Part shown: one piece after another, positions 8,866 to 18,932 of the stretch | Position numbering within the stretch: position 1 is the stretch's first letter | Layout of the letters: each line of letters starts with the position of its first letter | Made by a program: the position numbers and the translations under genes | The notes under the pieces: model-generated | Told to the model about the DNA's origin: nothing | What the model saw: the letters and a program-made list of their open reading frames with translations, nothing else | The model's database searches: none | DNA from: Planctomycetota bacterium | Lineage (GTDB): Bacteria; Planctomycetota; UBA8108; SXIK01 | NCBI GenBank assembly: GCA_965223265.1 | Contig: OZ244999.1 | Coordinates: 5,632,001-5,696,000 of the forward strand | DNA length: 64,000 bases | Reading direction: 5' to 3'

Positions 8866-11800
8866 CTACTCTGCGCGCTCCGTGCTCTCCCGCGCGTCGG
8901 CGTAGCCAGGCGCGTCCCAAATCTTCAGCTGGCCCCAGCCCGCCGCGGCGAGACGCTCGCCGTCGGGATGCCATGCCAGAGAGAGGAACAGCCGCCCCCG
9001 CAGGGTGAGGAGCTCGTCGCCGCTGCGCTCCGCGTCCCAGATGCGCGTCGTTCGATCTCTGCTCGTTGTGGCGAGGCGGCGCCCGTCGGGACTCCAGGCG
9101 ATGCTCTCTACCCGGGACGTGTGGCCGCGCCGAAGAACGAGCTCTTCACCCGTCATCGTATCGAAGATGACGAAGCCACCTCTTTTCCCTCCACCGGCAG
9201 CAATCCGGTCGCCCGTGGGGCTCCAGGCGAGCGCGGAGCCACGCAGAGGGCCGCTCGCTTCGTGCAGGCGCGTGCGTCGGCGACTCGGGACGTGCCAGAT
9301 CTCGATGCCCCATGAGCCTCTGTACACCGGAATCGCCAGCGAATCGCCGTCGGGACTCCAGGCAACGGCGTTCACGGTCATCTCCGCGGGGACCGTCAAG
9401 ACCTTCTCGCCGCGCCGACTCCAGACGATCGCCTTCCTGTCGGCGCCGCCCGTGGCAAAAAGTTTACCGGCGGAGCTCCAGGAAAGTGCCATGGTTGGGT
9501 CAAAGTTCTGCCGACCATCGTGCGGCCGCAGGTTCACCGGCTCCTCGCCTGGCTGCTCCCAACTCCACAGGTTCACGACCCCCTCATCGGTCGCGGTGGC
9601 GAGCGTCTGATCGTCCGGGCTGAAGGCAAACAGTACGACCTCCGCCTCCTCCGTCACCACAAACCGCCGGATGACTTCACCGGTAGCGGGATCGAGCACT
9701 GTTACGTCGCCCCTTCGCTGCGGATCGCGTGTCGCCAGCCACCGACCGCCCGCCATCCACTCCACCTCGCTGTCACCCGGGAGCGGCGAGCCCTCACGCG
9801 TATCGGTCGCCCACAGCTTGACGGTGCCCTCGTTGCCCACCGAAGCCAGTAGTTCGCGCTGCGGATGCCAGGCGACCTCGCGCACAGAGTCGGTGTGACC
9901 GCGGAAGGTCAGGAGCTGATCGCCCGTCGCGCGCGCCCAAATCTTGACTGTCAAATCCTCTCCCCCGGTCGCCAGACGAGTGCCGTCGGGACTCCACGCG
10001 ACGTCCCCGCCGATGCCGAGCACGGCGTTCCAGCGTCGGAGCGTTTCCCAGGTTCCGACGTGGCAGATGCTCGCCCAGCCACTCCACCCGATCGCTGCGA
10101 GGTAGGCGCCATCCGTCGACCAGGCCGTTCGTACGGCGGAGTCCGCCTTGTGAACGACGGTCCAGTTCGCGGTCTCCCACACGGTTCCGGATGCTGTGGT
10201 GAAGTAATGCGCGTCAGGGCTCCACGCAACCGACCGATTTTTACCGGAGTCGCTCGGGAGACTCCGTTCGAGAGTCCCCGTCTCAACGTTCCAGATGTGC
10301 ACCTCCGTCCGCGTCCGGTGCCCCACGGCCAAGCGCTTTCCATCGGGACGCCATGCGACCGATCTCGGCCTCAGTTGACCGTCTGCGCCAGGCAACGAGA
10401 AGGTCTTGTAGTCCTCGCCAGTGAAAACGTCCCACACCAACGAGGCGTCGAACTTGAGGGCGACCGCCAGCCGCTCACCGTCCGGGCTCCAGGCGACGTG
10501 GGTGACCTCCGTGTCTAAAGGCAGTCGCTGTATCTCTAGCAGATCGTCGCCCTCTGCGCTCAGTTCCCACACGTTGACGATGCGGTCGTCGCCGCCGGCG
10601 GCGAGGTAGCGCCCGTCGGGGCTCCAGGCGACGGACACCAAGTTGCGCGTGGTGACGCTTGCGCTGAAGAGCTCTTCCCCCGAGAGATCGTTCAAGTGGT
10701 ACCACTCCCAGCCGCGGAGGTCGGGCTCGCCGGCTTGTGGAACGTGCCGCTCCAGGACATCGAGAAAGCCAGCCATGTTGCCCGCGCGCCAGTCCTCGAG
10801 GGCGAGACGCATGTTGGCGACGTAGAGGTCGTACCGCGACTCGTCTCTCGCGCGCGCGATGACGACGGCGGCGACAGCGAGGGCGGCCGAGACGACCGTC
10901 AGCATGGCGATGGCTGCAACAGCGAGTCTCCAGCGTCTACGAACTTGCCGCATCGCCTTTTCCCACCCCGGTTGCAGGCGCGCCTCGATCGCATCCCCAC
11001 GCACAAATCGCTTCAGATCCTGCCCGAGCGCCTCGGCCGTTCCGTAGCGATCGTCCAGATCTTTCCGCAGGCACTTGAGCACGATCGTCTCGAGGTCCTG
11101 CGGCACTCGGGGGTTTAACTGCCGCGGAGGTCGTGGGTCGCGTTCGATAATCTGTGACAGCGTGTCTGCGTGATCCCTGCCGCGGAAGGGCGGCTGACCG
11201 GTCAGCGCTTCGTACAGCGTCGCGCCGAGACTATAGATGTCTGTGCGGTGGTCGAGTTCGATGCGGCGCCGCTTCGCTTGCTCGGGGCTCATGTAGGCGG
11301 GGGTGCCGACAACGTCGCCCGAGAACGTGAGCGACTCTTCTCCTTCGAGCGCGCCAAGCCGAAGTCGAGGATGCGAAGTTGTCCTTGCGCGTTGAGTATG
11401 AGATTGGATGGTTTAACGTCCCGGTGGATCACACCCTTGGAGTGCGCGTGCTGGAGGCCTTCAGCGACCTCGCTGAAGCAGCGCGCGAGTCTGGAAAAAT
11501 AGTCGACTTGATCCTTGGGACCGAACGGCGTCTCGGACTCGGCGTTGCGCGTGCGCGCGAGAATCTGCGAGAGCGTCTCCCCGTCGACATACTCCATGGT
11601 GTAATACGGAACCTGCTCCTTGAGTCCCATGCCGTAAATGGACACGACGTTCGGGTGGTTGAGCTTGCCGGCCACCTGCGCCTCGCGAACGAATCGCGTG
11701 ACGGCGCGCGTGTCTGCCGCGATCGCTGCCGGCAACACCTTGAGCGCCACCTGACGGTCGATGGAGTTTTCCCACGCTTCGTACACCACACCCATGCCAC

Positions 11801-12071
11801 CGCGACCGATCTGACGGCGCAGGGTGTAGTCGCCAACGCTGCCGAGATTCGCGCTGTCGACAACTGCGGCGTCGATGAACTCCTCCAGGAGCGGCACCAA
11901 TTGATCCGCCAGTTCGGGGTGTTCGTCCCACACCTTGGCTCGATCGACTGGCTCGCCGGTGTTCAGACGATCGACGTACGCGGCAAAGAGCTCTTCGAGG
12001 CGTGTGTCACGATCCATGGTCATCGCTCCCGTCGTCTTCCGGGCCGCGTTGGTCGCTGGGCGGCGACTCAC
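8866..12071 (-). pseudogene. Ser/Thr protein kinase with WD40 repeats, split by a 1-bp frameshift
   Basis: ORF 11289-12071 has GRGGMG, VALK, HRDVKPSN and DFG. ORF 8866-11292 has MSPEQ, DIYSLG, a TM helix and many 'AWSPDG' repeats. One added base near 11350 restores DFGLARLEGEESLTFSGDVVGTPAYMSPEQ. Confidence 0.85.
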
Positions 12072-12666
12072 CGATCCGACGTTCCTTGGGTAGCGTCAAG
12101 CTCTCCGTCTCGGGCATGACCTCCCGCAGCTTCTTCATCGCACGCAGCAGCAAATTTTTCACGGCGCTCTCGGTCTTTCCCAGCGACGCGGCGACCTCGC
12201 GGATGCTGCGACCTTCGATGCGAGCCAACCGGAGCACTTCGCGGTACTCGGGCGGCAACGTGTCGACCGCGTCCTTCAGTCGCTCGAAACGCTCGTGACG
12301 CTGCGTGGCACGACTGGGCGATGTGCCGTCGGTTGCTGGCCGGACGAGCTCCAGTAACTCACCGCGACGTAGCTCGCGTCGGCTCAGGTGGAGCACTCGG
12401 TGACGCCCAATTCCCTCAAGCCAGCGGCGAAACGACCCCGAGCCTTGCCAGCGAAACTCGGCGAGCGAGGTGAAAGCGGTCGCGAAAACGTCCTGCAGTA
12501 CATCTTCGGGGTCGACCGAGGTTGCGCTGCCGATCATGTGTCGAATCGTACCGAAGACCTCATCTTGCGAACGACGGCAGAGCGTGTCGAACGCCAGGCG
12601 ATCACCGTCGAGCGCCCGCGCAATCAGCTCCCGCGTATCGTTGCGTTCAATCGTCATGCCTCTCAT
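12007..12666 (-). CDS. ECF RNA polymerase sigma factor
   Basis: DPEDVLQDVF...SFRRWL (region 2) and LPPEYREVLRL...SIREVA..LGKTESAVK (region 4). Confidence 0.9.
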   Translation of the reverse strand: MRGMTIERNDTRELIARALDGDRLAFDTLCRRSQDEVFGTIRHMIGSATSVDPEDVLQDVFATAFTSLAEFRWQGSGSFRRWLEGIGRHRVLHLSRRELRRGELLELVRPATDGTSPSRATQRHERFERLKDAVDTLPPEYREVLRLARIEGRSIREVAASLGKTESAVKNLLLRAMKKLREVMPETESLTLPKERRIGESPPSDQRGPEDDGSDDHGS

Positions 12667-12812
12667 CTCACCCGTTCCAGTGCGTGAGGGGCAAAAACGT
12701 CTCGGCGGAATCTCAGAATTTAAACGCGAACGAAACCCAGCGATGCTCCCGATGAGTGGGAAATCACCCGTCCCAGCGCACGCACGTACACTGTGCCGGG
12801 CAGTTCAAAGAG

Positions 12813-12877
12813 TTTTCCTTGGCGCAGACAAGGAAAAATGGAGGCGGCACCCGATGCGAGCGCCGAAGGCGCTGCCA
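12813..12877. repeat. Palindrome + tRNA-Cys 3' 15-mer + hairpin unit, copy 1
   Basis: TTTTCCTTG-N7-CAAGGAAAA, then TGGAGGCGGCACCCG, then AGCGCC-GAA-GGCGCT. Repeated at 13542-13602. Confidence 0.8.
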
Positions 12878-12963
12878 TAATAACCTTGTTTGCATCGAAG
12901 GCTTCAACGCGCCAGGATATAGGGAAGGTCGACGATGGTCTCAAGCGTTGCTATGATAGGGCT

Positions 12964-13212
12964 ATGACAAACAAAGGCCGACAATTGCTCGTTGAAGCGC
13001 TTTCGTTGCCTGAGGCCGATCGAGCAGCGCTCGCCAGAGAGCTCATCGTCAGTTTGGAAGGCCCGGCGAAACCAGGCGTGGAGGAGGCCTGGGCGAAGGA
13101 GATCGAGCGACGAGTGAAGGAACTCGACGCCGACCCGACTATCGGAAGTGATTGGCACGAAGCGATCAAGAACGTTGAAGAGAAGGTTTGGGGCGGAAAG
13201 AAACCAGACTGA
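12964..13212 (+). CDS. Addiction module antitoxin
   Basis: EALSLPEADRAALARELI...AWAKEIERR; paralogous to 5948-6184. Confidence 0.85.
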   Translation: MTNKGRQLLVEALSLPEADRAALARELIVSLEGPAKPGVEEAWAKEIERRVKELDADPTIGSDWHEAIKNVEEKVWGGKKPD

Positions 13213-13531
13213 CCAGGCATCCTGATGCCGAAGAGGAGCTACTCGAAGCCGTCCGTTGGTACGAGGAGCGTGTACCTGGAGTGGGACGGGCGTTCCTCGA
13301 TGCGGTGAAGGACACTACTGCTCGTATCCGTCGTCATCCCGGGATTGGCGGACGCCTGCCGGGTCGACTCGGAGAGTTGGAGCTTCGTCGCAGTTTGGTT
13401 CCGGGTTTACAGTTGTCTACCGAGAGACCGACGGCGCGATCCAAATCGATGCTGTAGCCCATCAGAGGCGACCATCGTTTGATTGGCAGGAGCGTGTTTT
13501 CGGTACAGGCGAGGGTGACTCACCCGCCTAA
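13188..13531 (+). pseudogene. RelE/ParE toxin, frameshifted
   Basis: HPDAEEELLEAVRWYEE lies in one frame and FTVVYRE...IDAVAHQRR in another, with the shift near 13400. Confidence 0.7.
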
Positions 13532-13541
13532 CGTCTGTTTC

Positions 13542-13602
13542 TCCTTGTTACAGACAAGGAAAATGGAGGCGGCACCCGATTCTAGCGCCGAAGGCGCTGC
13601 CA
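13542..13602. repeat. Palindrome + tRNA-Cys 3' 15-mer + hairpin unit, copy 2
   Basis: TCCTTG-N7-CAAGGA, TGGAGGCGGCACCCG and AGCGCCGAAGGCGCTGCCA; near-identical to 12813-12877. Confidence 0.8.
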
Positions 13603-13630
13603 CATTATGGAATCCGGGGGACGACTCGTC

Positions 13631-13700
13631 TCCTTGGCGCAGACAAGGAAACTGGAGGCGGCACCCGGATTCGAACCGGGGAATCACGGTTTTGCAAACC
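13631..13700 (-). repeat. 48-bp copy of the tRNA-Cys 3' portion plus the same palindrome
   Basis: 13653-13700 matches the tRNA 3' end. TCCTTGGCGCAGACAAGGA is adjacent. Confidence 0.9.
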
Positions 13701-13784
13701 CGCCGCAGCGAATCTGCGTTGCCATGTGCGCAACGGTTTTCAAAACCTGCGGCCGCGCGAAGCGCTTGCTCCGAGCGAAGGAAT

Positions 13785-13861
13785 TGGAGGCGGCACCCGG
13801 ATTCGAACCGGGGAATCACGGTTTTGCAAACCGTTGCCTTAGGCCACTTGGCTATGCCGCC
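13785..13861 (-). tRNA. tRNA-Cys(GCA)
   Basis: Full cloverleaf: GGCGGCA/TGCCGCC acceptor, ACGGT-TTGCAAA-ACCGT anticodon arm, CCCGG-TTCGAAT-CCGGG T arm, U discriminator and encoded CCA. Confidence 0.97.
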
Positions 13862-14145
13862 TCGTCGCGACCGCGCGATGGCAAAGAACGGCACCGAATC
13901 TTCTCGGCGCCATTTCGGTCGCAGCCGCAGAGTGAGGTGGCGATTCTACCAGGATGCGATGCCGCCATCAACGCGGCGAACTTTCTGGGCACGATCACCT
14001 CGGTGGCGTTTCGGGGACGCCAGCCTCCGTAGCTGCGCGCTCGTTCAGATCCACCATCCCGTTGACAGAACGGACCGGGGCGAGATCATGGACGTTCATG
14101 ATGCACAAGGCCCCACCTCCCTCGATCGACCGCGAAAGGAGCTCC

Positions 14146-16485
14146 ATGCTGCTGGCGTTCCCACTGAGAATCCCGCCGCATCTCATTCGACGTGTGCTGA
14201 CCCTTTCCGCTCTCGCCTTTTTCGTCTCGTGCTCGCAGCACGGCACCCTTGGCTCGGGTACGAAGTCGTCGTCCTCGGAGGCAGCCGCGGTGGCTCCGCC
14301 GGACGAATCTTCGGCGATGGAAACTGCGGCGCCCCTCATCACCAACTCCATCGGCATGAAACTCGCCCTCATCCCGGCCGGCGAATTCGACATGGGAAGC
14401 GATGACTCCCCCACCAGTGCGTCGAGCGAAGGTGGCGACGCCAACGAAGACGAACGCCCCCGCCATCGCGTCCGCATCACGAAACCATTCTACATGGGCA
14501 TCTACGAAGTGACGCAAGGCGAGGTCGAACGTGTGCTCGGCGTGCGCGAAAGTTTCTATCGCCCCGACGGCTTCGGCGCCTTCAAGCTCGAAGGGATCGA
14601 CGACACCTCCCGCTACCCCGCCGAGCAAGTCACCTGGTCACGCGCTGTCGAGTTTTGCAAACGCTTGTCGGAGCTGCCAGAGGAAAAGGAGGCGGGCCGT
14701 TTCTACCGCCTGCCGACGGAAGCTGAGTGGGAGTACGCCTGCCGCGCCGGTACGACCACGGAGTTTCACCTCGGTGACGGTCTGTCGTCGACGCAGGCAA
14801 ACTTCAACGGCCACTATCCTCACGGGGGCGCTCCCAAAGGGCCATTCCTTTCACGTACGGTTGAGGTCGGTTCGTTTGCACCGAACGCCTTCGGTCTATT
14901 CGACATGCATGGGAACGTGTGGGAGTGGTGTCTCGACTGGTTCGGCTCCGACTACTACCAACACTCGCCGAGCGTCGATCCGCGTGGCCCGGAGACCGGC
15001 CAGATGCGCGTCATCCGCGGCGGCGGTTGGTACAGCGACGCGCGCGACTGCCGTTCGGCGTTTCGCTACGCGGACACGCCGGAGGGAATCTTCTACGTCG
15101 ATGGATTCCGCGTCGTGATGACGGACGTGCACGGTCGCCTCGATCCTTTTCCCGCCACCGCCCCACCGGATGCCGTCACCTCCGGCGGCAAAGGCGAAGC
15201 GTCGCCCCCAAGCGCGAGCGGCGACGCCGCGGCCCTCGCCGCCGCGTTGACAACCGCTGCAAGTGGTGAGGAGTGGCCGCGCTGGCGCGGTCCCCGCGGT
15301 GATGGCACGTGGCACGGCCCACGGCTCGCCGAAACCTGGCAGGCGAGCGGCCTCACGCGCATATGGTCTCAGTCGCTTGGCCCCGGCTACGCCGGGATCG
15401 CCGTCGCCCACGGACGCGTCTTCACCATGGATTACGCGGCCAAACCGGACGAGCGTGAACGCGTCATCTGTTTGAGCGCCACGACTGGAAAACCTCTCTG
15501 GTCTCACACTTACCCCGTCGCGTACGGTGACTTGGCGTACGGCAGCGGTCCACGTGTCACGCCCGCGGTTGCCGGTCGTCGCGTCTTCACCCTCGGCGCC
15601 ATGGGCGACCTCGCCTGCTTGGACGCGACCACCGGCGAGCCGCGCTGGACACGTCACTTCGTCCGCGACTTCAACGCGGCTGTGCCGATCTGGGGGTTTT
15701 CCGCTTCGCCAATCGCCTACGAGAATCTTTTGATCGTCCACCCGGGCGCCGCCCCGGACGGTTCCCTCGTCGCCCTCGATCAAATCAGCGGCGAGGAAGT
15801 CTGGCGCAGCCTCGGCGATCCAGCAGGGTACTCGACGCCCATCGTCGCCGAGGTCGCCGGCGCCGATCAGCTCATCGCTTGGACACCGTCGCACGTCCGA
15901 GGGCTCGATCCTCAAACCGGCGACCTGCGATGGAGCGTTGCATTCTCTGTTCGCGACGGAACGTCGATCACGACACCGATCTTTCGCGACAACATCGTCC
16001 TTGTTAGCGGCTACTGGGAAGGCTCGCGCGCCGTCGAGCTGGTCGGTTCGCCCGCCAAGGCACGACTGCTGTGGAAGGATTCGCGTAATCTCCGCAGCCT
16101 CATGGCGCAGCCACTCTTTCGCGATGGTTACGCGTATCTATTGGACAAACGCAACGGCCTAACGTGTTTCGAGCTGCGAACGGGTGAGCGGCGGTGGACC
16201 GACGGAAACCGCCTGACGCCCAAAGGCCGCAATCCACAGGCAACGATGATTTGGACGGGCCATGGTGACCGCGCCGTAGCCCTCAACTCGGAGGGCGACC
16301 TAGTGCTGTTGGGTCTCAATCCGAAAGAGTACACGGAGCTCGCGAGGGCCAACATCATCGAGCCGACCTCTGCGGCACACACGATATGGGCGCATCCGGC
16401 GTACTCGCGCGGCCGCGTCTACGCCCGGAGTGACAGCGAGATTGTTTGCGTCGCACTGCCGGTGAGCCAGTCCGAGGAGCCATAG
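14146..16485 (+). CDS. FGE/SUMF1-family domain fused to a PQQ-type beta-propeller, possibly a lipoprotein
   Basis: RLPTEAEWEYACRAG, NAFGLFDMHGNVWEW and RGGGW, then WPRWRGPRGDG and propeller blades. AAGGAG RBS precedes ATG 14146. Confidence 0.85.
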   Translation: MLLAFPLRIPPHLIRRVLTLSALAFFVSCSQHGTLGSGTKSSSSEAAAVAPPDESSAMETAAPLITNSIGMKLALIPAGEFDMGSDDSPTSASSEGGDANEDERPRHRVRITKPFYMGIYEVTQGEVERVLGVRESFYRPDGFGAFKLEGIDDTSRYPAEQVTWSRAVEFCKRLSELPEEKEAGRFYRLPTEAEWEYACRAGTTTEFHLGDGLSSTQANFNGHYPHGGAPKGPFLSRTVEVGSFAPNAFGLFDMHGNVWEWCLDWFGSDYYQHSPSVDPRGPETGQMRVIRGGGWYSDARDCRSAFRYADTPEGIFYVDGFRVVMTDVHGRLDPFPATAPPDAVTSGGKGEASPPSASGDAAALAAALTTAASGEEWPRWRGPRGDGTWHGPRLAETWQASGLTRIWSQSLGPGYAGIAVAHGRVFTMDYAAKPDERERVICLSATTGKPLWSHTYPVAYGDLAYGSGPRVTPAVAGRRVFTLGAMGDLACLDATTGEPRWTRHFVRDFNAAVPIWGFSASPIAYENLLIVHPGAAPDGSLVALDQISGEEVWRSLGDPAGYSTPIVAEVAGADQLIAWTPSHVRGLDPQTGDLRWSVAFSVRDGTSITTPIFRDNIVLVSGYWEGSRAVELVGSPAKARLLWKDSRNLRSLMAQPLFRDGYAYLLDKRNGLTCFELRTGERRWTDGNRLTPKGRNPQATMIWTGHGDRAVALNSEGDLVLLGLNPKEYTELARANIIEPTSAAHTIWAHPAYSRGRVYARSDSEIVCVALPVSQSEEP

Positions 16486-16601
16486 CTTTCGTCGGCTCGA
16501 AGCGCTTTTTCAACAGGCTGATAACCAAAGAGGAGCAGAGGCCTACGAGAGTCCGCCTGCACCTCGATCGAACCCTCACGCGAAGACTCTGAGGCGACAC
16601 G

Positions 16602-17525
16602 ATGCAAATCACACTCTACGGCTCGATCGCTTGGCGCCATCCGTTCGGCATGGGTCAAGTGATTGAATGGGCCGGTCGCTACGGCTGGGATGCAGTCGAC
16701 GCGCGCGGACTCAGCCTCGACGCACCCGGTGATCCATCGCTCCGCCACAGCGCGTTCGGCTACGACATGCTGGGGCCGCGCAACCTTCAGGCGTCCGCGC
16801 GACACGCCCTCCGCCACCGTCTGCTGGACGCCGGAGTCGAACTGCTCGGCATCTACTGCTCGAGCCCCGTCAATCTTCCAGGTGAGCGAGGCAGCGAATG
16901 CCGCCGACTGTTTTGCGACTACCTCAAGCTGGCGAGTGACCTCGGCGCGACGTGGGTTCGCGCAATCAACAACACCCGCTCAACCTACGAGGACGTCGAA
17001 ATGTCCACCACCGAAGCGTACGATCGCACGGTCGAAGGACTGAAGTACGTCGGTGCGCGAGCCGCCGATCTCGGCGTTGGCCTCCTCATCGAAAACAACG
17101 AAAACACGATCCCTTCGGATGCCACATCACTCGTCCGCCTCAAGAGCGATCTCGGCTCCGCGTGCCGCGTCGGGGTGACGTACGACCCGGTCAATGCGTA
17201 CTTCCAAGGAGCTAACGTGGAAGCCGGGTTCGACGCGCTCGACGGCGCCATCGACGTTCTCCACGTCAAGAATGTCCGGCGACACACCGAGAGGCGCTGG
17301 GACTACGTGCCGCGCGGCGACGTAAGCTACGAGTGGACGTGCCTCGACGGCGGCGACCTCGATTGGAAAGTTCTGATGCAGCGCGCCAGGGCGGCAAAGT
17401 TCGACGGCCCGGTCGTCTACGAGTACGTCAACCCGTTCAAAGGGATGCCGCTGTCATACTGGGACAGTTTGCCGGAGCCCGAAGAGGCAGCACGCGACGC
17501 CGCGGAGTTTCTACGGCAGGTTTGA
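16602..17525 (+). CDS. Sugar phosphate isomerase/epimerase (xylose isomerase-like TIM barrel)
   Basis: LLIEN, YDPVN, LHVKN, GDLDW and VVYEY metal-ligand pattern. Confidence 0.8.
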   Translation: MQITLYGSIAWRHPFGMGQVIEWAGRYGWDAVDARGLSLDAPGDPSLRHSAFGYDMLGPRNLQASARHALRHRLLDAGVELLGIYCSSPVNLPGERGSECRRLFCDYLKLASDLGATWVRAINNTRSTYEDVEMSTTEAYDRTVEGLKYVGARAADLGVGLLIENNENTIPSDATSLVRLKSDLGSACRVGVTYDPVNAYFQGANVEAGFDALDGAIDVLHVKNVRRHTERRWDYVPRGDVSYEWTCLDGGDLDWKVLMQRARAAKFDGPVVYEYVNPFKGMPLSYWDSLPEPEEAARDAAEFLRQV

Positions 17526-17562
17526 GCCGCAGGCCGTCACGGGCAGGGGCGGAGACAGACAG

Positions 17563-18266
17563 GCCCACGCCCACGTACACGTACCACGGACGGCACATGG
17601 CATGTGCCTGCTACTTTGGAAGACGCTCCCGCTTCGTTCGAACGCAGGAGATTGTGCCCGCCACGGAGGCAGCGGGCGCCACGACGTGATGCTCAGCGAG
17701 TCAGCCCGCCAAGAAGCGCCAGCAGTCGATCGAGCGTCTTGAGAGCGCTCGCGACGTCGTCGTGCTTCAGGTCGCCCCAGGACTGGGCGACGCGCAGCGC
17801 CGTCTCGACCTCGCGCGCGCTGCCGCGCGCTACGCGAAAGAGGTGCTGGCGATCTTTGCCGGCGCGTTCAGCTCCTTCTGAGAGATTGAGCGCCACCGAA
17901 GAAGCAGCGCGCCGAATCTGCCGGTGCAGGTCCGGATCGAGACGCCGAAGCCGCGCTAAAGGAACTCGCAAGTCGCCGATCAAACCGAGGCTGACGTCGA
18001 GAGCGATGAAACGCATAGAAGGCCTCCGAAGGAAGGTGAATCAAGAGCCCGCCGCATCCGGGCGGCGGTACCCCCCAACGCGGCGCGGAGGGACTGTCAA
18101 GAGCGCGAAGCGCCGAGCGCAGCGAGGGCACTCTTGCCAGTCCCGAGCACCGCGCACCATCGACCTAACCGCCGCCGTACGGTTACTCGTGTCATAGCTC
18201 GCACGTAACGCACACGGTCCGGACGGCACACAGGCGTGTGCCTGCTACTTTGGAAGACCCACACGC
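17563..18266 (-). mobile_element. REP-bounded four-helix-bundle cassette, copy 1
   Basis: Near-identical inverted copy at 30428-31134. Hairpin repeats at 17588-17624 and 18219-18258. Confidence 0.7.
17693..18016 (-). CDS. Four helix bundle protein (23S-IVP/bAvd-like)
   Basis: L..QIRRAASSVALNLSEG...FRVARGSAREV..AL signature. GGAGG RBS. Confidence 0.85.
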   Translation of the reverse strand: MRFIALDVSLGLIGDLRVPLARLRRLDPDLHRQIRRAASSVALNLSEGAERAGKDRQHLFRVARGSAREVETALRVAQSWGDLKHDDVASALKTLDRLLALLGGLTR

Positions 18267-18369
18267 ACACGCACACGCACACGCACACGCACACGCACAC
18301 GCACACGCACACGCACACGCACACGCACACGCACACGCACACGCACACGCTCACGCACACGCACACGCA

Positions 18370-18932
18370 CAAGACCGGACGGCACACGGGAGTGTGCCTG
18401 CTACTTTCAGCACACGCACACGCACACGCTCACGCACACACACAAGACCGGACGGCACACGGGAGTGTGCCTGCTACTTTCAGCACACGCACACGCTCAC
18501 GCACACGCAATCGCTCACGCAATCGCACACGCTCACGCACACGCACACGCACACGCACAAGACCGGACGGCACACGGGAGTGTGCCTGCTACTTTCAGCA
18601 CACGCACACGCTCACGCTCACGCTCACGCACACGCTCACGCTCACGCTCACGCTCACGCTCACACACAAGACCGGACGGCACACGGGAGTGTGCCTGCTA
18701 CTTTCAGCACACGCACACGCTCACGCACACGCACACGCTCACGCACAAGACCGGACGGCACACGGGAGTGTGCCTGCTACTTTCAGCACACGCACACGCT
18801 CACGCACACGCACAAGACCGGACGGCACACGGGAGTGTGCCTGCTACTTTCAGCACACGCACACGCACACGCTCACGCTCACGCTCACGCACAAGACCGG
18901 ACGGCACACGGGAGTGTGCCTGCTACTTTCAG
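18370..18932. repeat. Array of seven identical 41-bp GTAG-type REP-like repeats with hexamer spacers
   Basis: CAAGACCGGACGGCACACGGGAGTGTGCCTGCTACTTTCAG starts at 18370, 18443, 18558, 18667, 18746, 18813 and 18892. Confidence 0.9.

Noticed and set aside
11340-11360. Programmed frameshift in the kinase-WD40 gene
   Set aside because: No slippery run is visible; a single-base loss or sequencing error is simpler.
13479-14405. 308-aa ORF with repeated 'NWRRHPDSNRGITVLQT'
   Set aside because: Translation of the antisense tRNA and its fragments.
14146-18016. Diversity-generating retroelement (FGE/CLec-fold target near an Avd-like gene)
   Set aside because: No reverse transcriptase, and no template repeat differing at adenines was seen.
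18370-18932. CRISPR array
   Set aside because: Spacers are low-complexity hexamer runs of very unequal length, not unique sequences. No cas genes are in the window and the repeat has a GTAG-REP layout.
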